Source of the DNA: Candidatus Daviesbacteria bacterium
GTDB taxonomy: Bacteria > Patescibacteriota > Microgenomatia > Daviesbacterales > UBA10151
Direction: 5' to 3'
DNA: 64,000 nt
NCBI GenBank assembly: GCA_016176335.1
Contig: JACOXI010000004.1
Span: 146,303-210,302 of the forward strand
Under the pieces are notes generated by a model. It ran no database searches. It saw only the letters and a program-made list of their open reading frames with translations, and was not told the origin of the DNA. The translations under genes and the position numbers were made by a program. Below, one piece after another: positions 45,714 through 54,855 of the stretch (within the stretch, counting starts at the first letter, position 1; each line of letters opens with the position of its first letter).

Positions 45714-46385
45714 TTATTTAGCATTATATTTAAGGGGATCAGTTAAGCCTAAACTTTGGAAAGCTGCTTGACGGGATCTGCAGTTACTGCAACCACCACA
45801 GGAGAGTTTTGTGGCGTTATGACAAGACCAGGTCAATTCAAATGGCACATTTAAACTTGTCCCTGTTTGCACCACCTGTGCCTTATTCATATGAATTAAA
45901 GGAGCTATAATTTGAATATCTGTTTTAAGCATAGTTCCAAGTCTAGTAAGTTGTTGAAATGCTACCATAAATTCAGGTGAATTATCAGGGCAAATTCGAT
46001 CGCTGCCTGTTGAACCAATGTATACTCTATCAGCACCTGAAACCTCAGCGAGAACCACTCCAACTGCAAGTAAAATGGAATTTCTAAAGGGAACATATTC
46101 AAACCTTTCGTTTGATTCATTAAGTTCAACATCCCTTCTAAATAGTCCAGACCCCCCGAATCTTTTTAACCAAGGTAATCTAACTGTATCAAGGGTTATT
46201 GCTTGAAAATGAGCTGCCAAAGTGGTAGCACTTCTTCTTTCCTTACTTGCTGTTTTTTGTCCGTACTCTACAAAAAGGAATCGGGTTTGAAAACCGTCTC
46301 TTTGGGCAACAGCTACTGCTACAGCGCTGTCTAAACCTCCACTTACTAAGCAAACAGCTAGTGGTTTGGATTCCGGTGTTATCAT
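45714..46385 (-). CDS. queC: 7-cyano-7-deazaguanine synthase
   Basis: SGGLDS PP-loop, YGQ, YVPFRN, PDNSPEF and the zinc site TWSCH..CGGCSNC. Confidence 0.92.
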   Translation of the reverse strand: MITPESKPLAVCLVSGGLDSAVAVAVAQRDGFQTRFLFVEYGQKTASKERRSATTLAAHFQAITLDTVRLPWLKRFGGSGLFRRDVELNESNERFEYVPFRNSILLAVGVVLAEVSGADRVYIGSTGSDRICPDNSPEFMVAFQQLTRLGTMLKTDIQIIAPLIHMNKAQVVQTGTSLNVPFELTWSCHNATKLSCGGCSNCRSRQAAFQSLGLTDPLKYNAK

Positions 46386-46444
46386 TGGCGCTATGATAGC
46401 AATGTAAATAGCAAATATCAATATGATACACTTAGTGTTAAATT

Positions 46445-47308
46445 ATGGGCGAAAGAGGTAGAGATATTACTGTAGTAATAGCAAACTCTGAAGATGAATC
46501 AGTCTTTAACTGTATTGACTCAGCTAATGGAGGAGCAAAAATTGTGGTGTCTCTTACTCCATACGCACCTATAGAAGCTAGGCTTTCTAGGTTAAACATA
46601 CCCTTTGTAGTTGTACCCAGAGGAAATTTGAGTATAACCTATAATTCTGGGATTGAACTAGCCACAACTAACAAAGTTATCATAATGGATAGCGACACAG
46701 TATTTACACCCAGAGCAATTGAGCAGTTAGGACACGGATTAGAACAATACGACGCTTGTAAAGCCAGACTCTCGTTTCAATATGATGACACCCAAACCTT
46801 GAGCGGGATAGTCGCGAATGCTAGGGATTTTATTAATTCCTCCCCGACTAGGGCGTACACACCGGGTCTTGCGCTTAGAAAAGATATTAGGAATCAAATG
46901 GGCGGTTACTTCTTTAATGAACAAATCAGGTGGGCCGTGGACTCAGAATTTTCATACAGATTTCATAAAAACGGACTACAATTTGGTTATATACCAGATG
47001 CGGTGGTTAACCACCCTGCAGTTTCTATAAGACACGATTTAACAGAAGCTTTTTTAATGGGATTAAGTAAAAGAAGGGCTGTTGATTTGGGAGTGAGGGA
47101 GGGAAATGAGGATGTACTTCCTACCTTAAAAAGAATACTTTCAGGAGAGACTTTCGCAAAAAGAGGAAAATTATTTAAAGAAAAAGGGGTGAGCACATTA
47201 CTTTATATGTTGACTTGGGATTTACTTTATAATTTTGGTTATAACTTAAGAAAATTAGGATTATCCGGTTCAACAGAAGAAAGGATATGGCGAGGTTTCG
47301 GAAGATGA
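46445..47308 (+). CDS. GT-A fold family 2 glycosyltransferase
   Basis: ITVVIA, NSGIELA, IIMDSD (DxD), GGYFFNE and DSEFSYR motifs. Confidence 0.88.
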   Translation: MGERGRDITVVIANSEDESVFNCIDSANGGAKIVVSLTPYAPIEARLSRLNIPFVVVPRGNLSITYNSGIELATTNKVIIMDSDTVFTPRAIEQLGHGLEQYDACKARLSFQYDDTQTLSGIVANARDFINSSPTRAYTPGLALRKDIRNQMGGYFFNEQIRWAVDSEFSYRFHKNGLQFGYIPDAVVNHPAVSIRHDLTEAFLMGLSKRRAVDLGVREGNEDVLPTLKRILSGETFAKRGKLFKEKGVSTLLYMLTWDLLYNFGYNLRKLGLSGSTEERIWRGFGR

Positions 47309-48987
47309 GCAAAGAACAAATAATTTTGGGTATAAATGGTTATTCAAGAAGAGTTCACGATGCTTCAGCATGCATAGTGGTTAATGGAAATTTAGTTGCT
47401 ATGGCTGAAGAAGAAAGATTTACAAGAAGAAAAAAGGCTTTTGGGGAAGTTCCTCATAATGCTATTGCTTTTTGTCTTGATAGAGCCGGTATAACGGTGG
47501 ATCAAGTAGACTCTATAGCTATTGGTTGGAATTTTGATAAAGTATTTGGGAATATAGGAGCTAAACCACCCACTCGGGATGAACTTATAGATCTTTATCT
47601 GCCCTCGGATAGGTTTAAATATTCTAAAAGACCAGAATTAGAAATGGTTTCTCATCATCTGGCTCATGCCGCCTCGGCATACTACTTATCAGGTTTTCCG
47701 GAGTCCTTAGTACTGGTAATTGATGGCCAAGGTGAAACACAATCAACGAGTGTCTTCACTGCAAAAGGCAAAGGCGTTTCACTTATTAGAGAATTTGGAG
47801 TAACAGATTCACTGGGATTTTTTTATGAAGCTGTCAGTGAATATGTAGGTTTATCAAGACTGGATGTTGGCAAAACAATGGGATTGGCAAGTTATGGTAG
47901 CCCAATATACGAATTTGGTTTATTTAGATTAGTTGAAGGAGGATACTCAGTTGATTTGATTCCCCCAGCTCAGCGGGAAATGGATTTACAACAGGAGGTT
48001 ACTAGATTATGGAGAGATTATTTAGAAGGGAAATTTGGACCAGCTAATAGAGTAGATTTGGCCTATGATTCTACTCGCGCAAGATTTAAAAGAGAAGTTT
48101 CCTTTGGAGATACTTATAAGAATGTTACTGCCTCAGCGCAAAAAGCTCTGGAGGATGTGGTGAGGCATTTGATCACTCTTTATGCTGCTGAATACCAAAT
48201 GAAAAATCTGTGTATAGCAGGAGGTGTAGGTCTGAACTGTTCAATGAATGGAGTAATAGCTAGAGACGGAATCGTAGCGGATTTTTTTGTACCTCCTTTT
48301 TCTAACGATGCTGGAGTATCAGTTGGTGCGGCTTTATATTTATCTGATCAAAAACCAACTACTAGATTAGAATCAGCATCACTCGGACCTGAATTTTCAA
48401 ATGACGCTATTGTTACTACCTTAAAATCGCTTGGAATTGATTACAGGTCGGTAGATGATATTGGCAGCTATGTGGCTAAACTTTTAGCTGAAGATAAAAT
48501 AGTTGACTGGTTTCAGGGAAAAATGGAAGCTGGACCAAGAGCATTAGGAAATCGAAGTATATTAGGAAATCCTACAAATAGAGCAACTCATCATAGATTG
48601 AATGAGATAAAAAATAGAGAACCCTGGAGACCTCTAGCTCCCAGCTTTTTAGCAGAAGATTTAGCAAACTATATGCAAGACAGTTCAGATTCACCTTTTA
48701 TGTTAAGAGCTTTTCTGACAAGACCAAATAAAGTAAGTGAAATACCGGCAGCAGTTCATATTGATGGAACTTCAAGGGCACAAACAGTAACAGAAAGGAC
48801 TAGTCCCCTGTATTACAGACTAATCAAGGATTTTAAACATATTAGTGGAATCCCTGCTGTTATGAACACTTCATTTAATCTGGAATATGAACCAATAGTT
48901 TGTTCACCCCATGATGCAATAAGAACCTTTTATTCAAGCAGTGCTGATTATTTGGCCATTGGAGATGCGCTTATTTCAAAAAGATAA
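47305..48987 (+). CDS. Carbamoyltransferase (NodU/CmcH/TobZ family)
   Basis: HDASAC, EEERF, HHLAHA, GKTMGLASYG, GGVGLN, NDAG, GPRALGNRS and NTSFN motifs. Confidence 0.95.
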   Translation: MSKEQIILGINGYSRRVHDASACIVVNGNLVAMAEEERFTRRKKAFGEVPHNAIAFCLDRAGITVDQVDSIAIGWNFDKVFGNIGAKPPTRDELIDLYLPSDRFKYSKRPELEMVSHHLAHAASAYYLSGFPESLVLVIDGQGETQSTSVFTAKGKGVSLIREFGVTDSLGFFYEAVSEYVGLSRLDVGKTMGLASYGSPIYEFGLFRLVEGGYSVDLIPPAQREMDLQQEVTRLWRDYLEGKFGPANRVDLAYDSTRARFKREVSFGDTYKNVTASAQKALEDVVRHLITLYAAEYQMKNLCIAGGVGLNCSMNGVIARDGIVADFFVPPFSNDAGVSVGAALYLSDQKPTTRLESASLGPEFSNDAIVTTLKSLGIDYRSVDDIGSYVAKLLAEDKIVDWFQGKMEAGPRALGNRSILGNPTNRATHHRLNEIKNREPWRPLAPSFLAEDLANYMQDSSDSPFMLRAFLTRPNKVSEIPAAVHIDGTSRAQTVTERTSPLYYRLIKDFKHISGIPAVMNTSFNLEYEPIVCSPHDAIRTFYSSSADYLAIGDALISKR

Positions 48988-49026
48988 TCTTTAGGTTAGA
49001 ATACAAGATCTAAAATAAGAAGCACT

Positions 49027-50280
49027 ATGGAACGCTTTCAACAGTTACAAGAAGAATTAATTGAAGGTGCCCGCATTCAAGATGAGTATGATTTGAGTAC
49101 TATAAATTTGATTGCACCTGCCAGCCCTACTCCTTTAAAGTATTTCTATGATCTACCTTTAAGACATAATGCGATAGCTGAAGGTTTACTAGGCCATAGA
49201 CCATATGCTGGTGTTGAAGGTTTTAATAGAATTGAAAGAATAGCAGTCGAAGCCGCTTGTTTATTATTTGGAGCAGAGCATGCCAATGTTCAGCCTCATT
49301 CAGTTAGCCAGGCAAATCAAGCTGTATACCAGGCACTCCTTGATAACGGGGATCGTGTATTGGCAATGAGGTTTCAAGATGGCGGACATTTGAGTCATGG
49401 ATTAAGGTTTAATTTTTCAGGCCGTTTCTTTGATTTTAATTTTTATGGAGTCGATAGAACAACAGGATTAATAGATTATGATGCGTTAGAGGAAAAAGCA
49501 GTAACCTTTAATCCAAAACTAATTGTTTGTGGCGCATCTTCTTATCCAAGAGCAATTGATTTTGAAAGATTAGCTGCTATTTCGACTAAAGTAGGTTCTT
49601 GTTTAATGGCTGATTTATCGCATCCAGCTGGATTAATTGTTGCAAACAGATTTCCTAAGCCTTTCCCATACTGTAATGTAGTTACGTTTACACCAGATAA
49701 AACAATGCTCGGTCCCCACGGTGGGATAATATTGTGCAAAAATGACTTAAGTGAGCAAATAGATAAAGCAGTTCACCCTGGGGTTCAGTCAAGCGTCCCA
49801 TTAAGAAGAATATACCAGATGGCTCAATGTCTAATTGATGCAAGTAAGCCGGAGTTTACAGACTACATAGACAGGGTAATTAAAAATATGAAAGCATTTG
49901 AAGCTGAATTTGGTAGAATTCCCAATATAATGATAACAGGTGGAAGCGATACACATCTGATGGTTATAGATACTAAGAATACGTTTGGCTTAACTGGTAA
50001 ACAATCTGAAGAATTATTAGAAACTCTCGATATTTTAACCAATAGACAGGTTATTCCCGGAGAAACACTTAAACCTTATGTGGCAAGTGGAGTAAGGTTA
50101 GGCACATCCTGGATAACTGCCAGAGGCTACAACGAGGTTGAAGCCAAAGAAATTGCAGAAATAATTTTAGATAACTTATCTGACCCAGCAAACCTAGTAG
50201 TTCAAGCAAGATCAAAGGAAGCAGTTAATAATCTTTTAAAAATTAAGAGAGCAGATGATGTTTGGTATGAGGAAAGTTAA
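49027..50280 (+). CDS. Divergent serine hydroxymethyltransferase-like PLP enzyme
   Basis: HANVQPHS, GGHLSHG, GASSYPR, ADLSH, TPDKTMLGPHGG (PLP lysine), GGSDTHL and SGVRLGT motifs. Confidence 0.88.
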   Translation: MERFQQLQEELIEGARIQDEYDLSTINLIAPASPTPLKYFYDLPLRHNAIAEGLLGHRPYAGVEGFNRIERIAVEAACLLFGAEHANVQPHSVSQANQAVYQALLDNGDRVLAMRFQDGGHLSHGLRFNFSGRFFDFNFYGVDRTTGLIDYDALEEKAVTFNPKLIVCGASSYPRAIDFERLAAISTKVGSCLMADLSHPAGLIVANRFPKPFPYCNVVTFTPDKTMLGPHGGIILCKNDLSEQIDKAVHPGVQSSVPLRRIYQMAQCLIDASKPEFTDYIDRVIKNMKAFEAEFGRIPNIMITGGSDTHLMVIDTKNTFGLTGKQSEELLETLDILTNRQVIPGETLKPYVASGVRLGTSWITARGYNEVEAKEIAEIILDNLSDPANLVVQARSKEAVNNLLKIKRADDVWYEES

Positions 50281-50283
50281 TTA

Positions 50284-50961
50284 ATGAGTGAAGAAATAAA
50301 TAATAAAGCTTACCCGGAAGTCGACAGTTTAATTAAAGAAACTGATGAACCCGACTATATTACTCATGCATTTGCTGATATTGGTATTCCATCTCTTATC
50401 ATTCTTCGAAGTGTGTTTAGGGTTGACAACTCTTTCTTAGGAGGTTATTTAGCTAGAACACTACACGCTAGTAATGAATTAGCTAAACGCAAATCTGTCT
50501 TAGATTTAGGCTGCGGTTGTGGTTTACAAGGACTAGTCTGTGCCTTACATGGAGCAAAGAGCGTTCATTTTAGTGACATCAATCAATCTGCAGCAAAAAA
50601 TAGTCGCTTAAATTCTATTTTACTAGATGTAAATAATGTGAGTTTCAGTACTGGTGATTTATTTGCCAACATCCCACCCAGAAAGTTCGATCTCATTATT
50701 TTTAACCCACCGTCAATAACAGGTACACCTTCCAACGATTCCGAAGCAGCGTTTTTTCGCGAAGACAGAGTAGTAGAAGATTTTTTCAAATTATTTCCAG
50801 GATATTTAAGAAGAGAAGGAGTTGTAATAATGCCTGGATCATCTAAGTTTGAAGGTGATACGTCCCCAATGAGTATGATTAGAAGGTACAACCTAGGCTA
50901 TGAGATGGTAAGCAGAGAAGAAGATGATACGACAAAATATGTTGTTTTATTTAAACCTTAA
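50284..50961 (+). CDS. Class I SAM-dependent methyltransferase (NPPx amino-MTase type)
   Basis: LDLGCGCG, SDIN, GDLF and FDLIIFNPPS motifs. Confidence 0.88.
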   Translation: MSEEINNKAYPEVDSLIKETDEPDYITHAFADIGIPSLIILRSVFRVDNSFLGGYLARTLHASNELAKRKSVLDLGCGCGLQGLVCALHGAKSVHFSDINQSAAKNSRLNSILLDVNNVSFSTGDLFANIPPRKFDLIIFNPPSITGTPSNDSEAAFFREDRVVEDFFKLFPGYLRREGVVIMPGSSKFEGDTSPMSMIRRYNLGYEMVSREEDDTTKYVVLFKP

Positions 50962-50973
50962 TTTAAACTTGAT

Positions 50974-51657
50974 ATGATACCAGAAAAACCGCTAGGTATA
51001 AATCGGCCTGAGTATTCGTTTGTTAATCCAAACACCTTGCTTTTTTTAGCGGGTGCTCCATTATCAGGAAAATCTACGATTGCACCTTTGGTAGCATCTA
51101 GGATTGAAGCATGCTCAATACAAAATATGGATATATTCCGCTTACTAGCCCAAGAAATGGAAATGATCAAACCTGAAAGGAAGAGGAATGCATTTGTGAG
51201 TTTCGGAGCTTGTGATAGTTATGTTTTTGTAGGAGACGGTTCTTATTCACCTGAAAGTCTTATAATTGGATTTAATTCATATGCCCGAGTAGTGAGTTCT
51301 TTTTTAAGCAAGGTCGTACCAAGATTAGAAGTCCAAGGAGCTCAAAGAGTATTATTTGAAGGTGTTCAGTTAACACCTCAAGTCGTATCACCATTTTTAA
51401 CAGGCAATAATAAATTAATAATAGTTACATTAGATATAGCTAGATTAGAAAGTAATAGAGACAAACGGTATGGCCAAGACAAAGAACTTCTTCAAAGATA
51501 CTCATCAGAAAAAATACTCTTAATACAAGAAGAGCTTGTCAGACAAGGTCGAGAGCTTTCCCCAAATAAAGTTTTTTTTGTGAATAATTCAGCTGATTAT
51601 ATAGATTCAGCTGCCGCAGTTATTCGTCTTCTGATCACGGAAGGTGTAATCTCTTAA
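50974..51657 (+). CDS. P-loop small-molecule kinase-like protein
   Basis: Walker A GAPLSGKST, MDIFR and FEGVQLTP (2-phosphoglycerate-kinase-like layout). Confidence 0.75.
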   Translation: MIPEKPLGINRPEYSFVNPNTLLFLAGAPLSGKSTIAPLVASRIEACSIQNMDIFRLLAQEMEMIKPERKRNAFVSFGACDSYVFVGDGSYSPESLIIGFNSYARVVSSFLSKVVPRLEVQGAQRVLFEGVQLTPQVVSPFLTGNNKLIIVTLDIARLESNRDKRYGQDKELLQRYSSEKILLIQEELVRQGRELSPNKVFFVNNSADYIDSAAAVIRLLITEGVIS

Positions 51658-51705
51658 TTTTAATTCATTTAAAAATTTACCTCCTTGCTTTGGTATACTT
51701 AATGT

Positions 51706-52452
51706 ATGACTTATGAGGAATTAAAGAAAGTTTATGATCAGGTTGGACAGCGCTCAGGTTGGGACTTTTCAAAACTAAAGGATGAAAGGGAACCAGTTCC
51801 ATGGAACTATTTAGATGTTGTAAAAGCATATCTTCAAGATACATTCTCGGTATTGGATGTAGGAACGGGCGGAGGGGAAAAGTTCATAAAACTTTCTGAG
51901 TTTTTTACCAAAGGAGTTGGTGTTGATCCTGATCCGGACATGATTAAAACTGCTAATGTTAATAAAAAAAAAGCTCAAAATAGCAAAGTAACTTTTGAGC
52001 AATTTGGTGCTGAAAATTTAGAAAAACTTAATCAAGTATTTGATTTAATCATTAACCGTCATGCTCCTGTAGTTGCTGATCAAATAGTAAAAGTTCTTAG
52101 ACAGGGCGGATATTTTATAACTCAACAAGTAACCTCAAAAAATATGCAAAATTTTAGGGATATTTTTAATATATCCCAATTTGTATCTAAATGGCATAAT
52201 AATCTGGATACAATGGTTCCAGAATTTAAGAAGCTTAAGTGCAGAATTGTTGCAACAGGTGAGTATGATGTAAATTATTGGGTTAAAGACGTTAAGTCTT
52301 TAATATTTTGGTTGAAGGCCATAGATATGCCAAAGGGTTTTAATATGGAGAATCACTGGCAACAAATTAATGAAATAGTTGAGAAATTTACCACTCCTCA
52401 GGGAATAGTTTCAAATGAACATAGACAACTCCTCATTACCCAAAAATTATAA
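51706..52452 (+). CDS. Class I SAM-dependent methyltransferase
   Basis: GWDFS, LDVGTGGGE, FDLIINRH and GGYFITQQV motifs. Confidence 0.9.
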   Translation: MTYEELKKVYDQVGQRSGWDFSKLKDEREPVPWNYLDVVKAYLQDTFSVLDVGTGGGEKFIKLSEFFTKGVGVDPDPDMIKTANVNKKKAQNSKVTFEQFGAENLEKLNQVFDLIINRHAPVVADQIVKVLRQGGYFITQQVTSKNMQNFRDIFNISQFVSKWHNNLDTMVPEFKKLKCRIVATGEYDVNYWVKDVKSLIFWLKAIDMPKGFNMENHWQQINEIVEKFTTPQGIVSNEHRQLLITQKL

Positions 52453-52559
52453 AAAGAATTTTCATTCTACTCTTCTTGCTTGGATTATTAGATAGTTTGG
52501 AATTATATTTGGTTTTTAATAAAGACATGTGCTAAAATTAGCAGCTCATAGTTAATCAA

Positions 52560-53582
52560 ATGGCAAAGCAAGAACTTAGAGGTTATAGTCCTACTCTTCT
52601 GGAAGACGTTCAAAGACGTCTAACAGAGGTTGACGTATCTCCAAATGAGGGGATTGGGCAGCATTTCTTGGTTAATCAAGAAGCTGTAGATTTATTGGCA
52701 CAAACAGTAAACCAAGGAGCTACAGTTATAGAAGTGGGATGTGGGGTTGGACATGTAACTGAAAGATTAGCAGAAAGAGCCTCCAGATTACACGGCATAG
52801 AAATTGACCGTAGATATCATCCCTTACTGGAAAAAATTATGAGTGCTCGAAGTAATGTGTTTATCACTTATGCAGATGCCTTAAAAACGGATTTTAATCG
52901 AATGCTAAAAGACGATAACGAAGGACAGATTGTTGCAAGTTTACCATATCATATTACCGAACCTTTCATGCATAAAGTATCACCTTTAAAATTAGCTAGT
53001 GTGTCTTTAGTAATGGGAAGAAGGTATGCCGATTCAATAGCCGCTTCATTTAATTCAGGCGATTTTGGTAGATTGAGTATTTTAACTACAACTTTTTTTG
53101 ATGTTGAAACATTAGCAACTATTCAAAGAGATGGATTCTTCCCTATTCCAAGAACCGATTCGGCAATAGTACAACTTAGGCCAAGGGACGTAAGGGAAGT
53201 TGGATCAAACAGGAAAGATGCAATATTCAGACATCTATTTCTTACATCAAGGCAAAATACAACATTGAGAAAAGGATTAAAAGAAGGATTTGATGCATTT
53301 GAACAATCAAGAGATGGAATGGGTTTGTCTAAGGAGCAGCGCAATCGTAAATCCAGATCAAATACGCGTTTACGGTTAAAATCAATAGTAGATAGCATGA
53401 ATCGTGGCGAAATTGATTTTAGCGATAGAGGCGGTAGAGATAGAGGAGCCTTTTCAAAAGATATCTCCGCTGTTAGTAGAAATGCTATAGGTAAATTAGA
53501 TATCCCACATTCAGTGCTAGACAAACCATTTAGTTTATTAAACAACTCTGAACTGAGAATGCTATATAAGTCATTAGGTTAA
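52560..53582 (+). CDS. KsgA/Erm-family rRNA adenine methyltransferase-like protein with a C-terminal insertion
   Basis: GQHFL, IEVGCGVG, IEID, DAL, SLPYHIT and FFPIPRTDSAIV motifs. Confidence 0.85.
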   Translation: MAKQELRGYSPTLLEDVQRRLTEVDVSPNEGIGQHFLVNQEAVDLLAQTVNQGATVIEVGCGVGHVTERLAERASRLHGIEIDRRYHPLLEKIMSARSNVFITYADALKTDFNRMLKDDNEGQIVASLPYHITEPFMHKVSPLKLASVSLVMGRRYADSIAASFNSGDFGRLSILTTTFFDVETLATIQRDGFFPIPRTDSAIVQLRPRDVREVGSNRKDAIFRHLFLTSRQNTTLRKGLKEGFDAFEQSRDGMGLSKEQRNRKSRSNTRLRLKSIVDSMNRGEIDFSDRGGRDRGAFSKDISAVSRNAIGKLDIPHSVLDKPFSLLNNSELRMLYKSLG

Positions 53583-53586
53583 TGAT

Positions 53587-54420
53587 ATGGAATATAAAGA
53601 AATAGGCGCTGTTAAGTTATCAGCACTTGGTATTGGTACTTACGGTTTTGGTGGAGGGCTCACTAGAGATACCTCAAACGACCGAAGGGACATTGAAGCT
53701 CTTCAATATGCTATAGAGCTTGGTATGACCCATATTGACACTTCTGAGATGTATGCTGATGGCCATAGCGAAGAATTAATTGGACAAGCTATCAGAGATT
53801 TTGATAGACACAGCTTATTTGTCGCTACCAAGGTTTTTCAATCAGGTTTAACATTCAATGGTGTCATTGAGGGGTGCAAACAGAGTCTCAGAAGACTCGG
53901 TACGGACTATGTTGATCTTTATTTAATCCATTGGCCAAATTTAAAAATTCCCTTATCAGAGACAATCCAAGCCATGGATGAGTTAGTCAGACAAGGTTCA
54001 GCAAGGTTTATTGGGGTCAGCAATTTTTCTATTAAACTGTTAAAACAAGCTCAGGAGTTAAGCCATCATCCTATCTTAACTGACCAAGTAGAGTATTCTC
54101 TTTTGGTAAAAAATCCAGAGAGTGATTTACTTCCATATTGTCAAAAGAACGATATTTTTTTAACAGCATATAGACCAATAGGAAGAGGTAGGATTAGGGC
54201 TGGAGTTAATCAAGTGTTAGATGATGTTGCCAAAGAACACAATAGAACTGCTGTTCAAGTAGCTTTAAATTATCTTATTTGTCAGGAAAATGTTTTAGTT
54301 ATACCAAAAGCAGCACAAAGACATCATCTTGAAGAAAATTTAGGATCAATGGGTTGGAGATTAGATCAAGAAGATATCAGAGCGCTCCAACAAGCATTCC
54401 AGACAACTATTGCAGTTTAG
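53587..54420 (+). CDS. Aldo/keto reductase
   Basis: LGIGT, IDTSEMY, DLYLIHWP, IGVSNF and IPKA motifs. Confidence 0.95.
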   Translation: MEYKEIGAVKLSALGIGTYGFGGGLTRDTSNDRRDIEALQYAIELGMTHIDTSEMYADGHSEELIGQAIRDFDRHSLFVATKVFQSGLTFNGVIEGCKQSLRRLGTDYVDLYLIHWPNLKIPLSETIQAMDELVRQGSARFIGVSNFSIKLLKQAQELSHHPILTDQVEYSLLVKNPESDLLPYCQKNDIFLTAYRPIGRGRIRAGVNQVLDDVAKEHNRTAVQVALNYLICQENVLVIPKAAQRHHLEENLGSMGWRLDQEDIRALQQAFQTTIAV

Positions 54421-54690
54421 GGTTATATAGGTTATATATTTCATAGTTTAAGTATATTGACTTCGGGTTAGTTTTGGTCTAATGTAAAACTACAATATTT
54501 TTTGAAAAGTTCTTTTGCGAGCAAAGCGAGCAGTCCCGATGATATATCGGGACAAAATTTTTGCGTTCCTCGTTTTTTGTTCTTTTTAACCGGCGACTTG
54601 TGCCGGAATTTAATCGGGGCTTTGCAGAGCTCTGGCTGACCCCTCCCAGTCAGAGCCAACCTTCGGACTCCTTTAGGATTTCCAATTCAG

Positions 54691-54764
54691 TGAGCCGGCT
54701 CGGGATCGAACCGAGAACCTACTCCTTAAGAGGGAGTTGCTCTAACCAATTGAGCTACCGGCCC
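54691..54764 (-). tRNA. tRNA-Lys(CTT)
   Basis: Minus strand GGGCCGG...ACTCC-CTCTTAA-GGAGT...GGTTCGATCCC...CCGGCTCA. Confidence 0.95.
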
Positions 54765-54855
54765 GTGCTTTATATTCTAGCAAGTTGTTATCTGAAGATC
54801 AAAATGGTATGATTAGCACCTGCTTAATGGACCCCGCCATAGCGGGGTTTTTTAA

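Noticed and set aside
43819-46385. Ordinary queuosine operon or Dpd restriction-modification island
   Set aside because: No tgt, queF, queA or dpdA-K genes are in the window and the linked genes are tailoring enzymes. This is not excluded if partners lie elsewhere in the genome.
54468-54812. ORFs 54468-54659 and 54561-54812
   Set aside because: They overlap tRNA-Lys and palindromic DNA; shadow translations.
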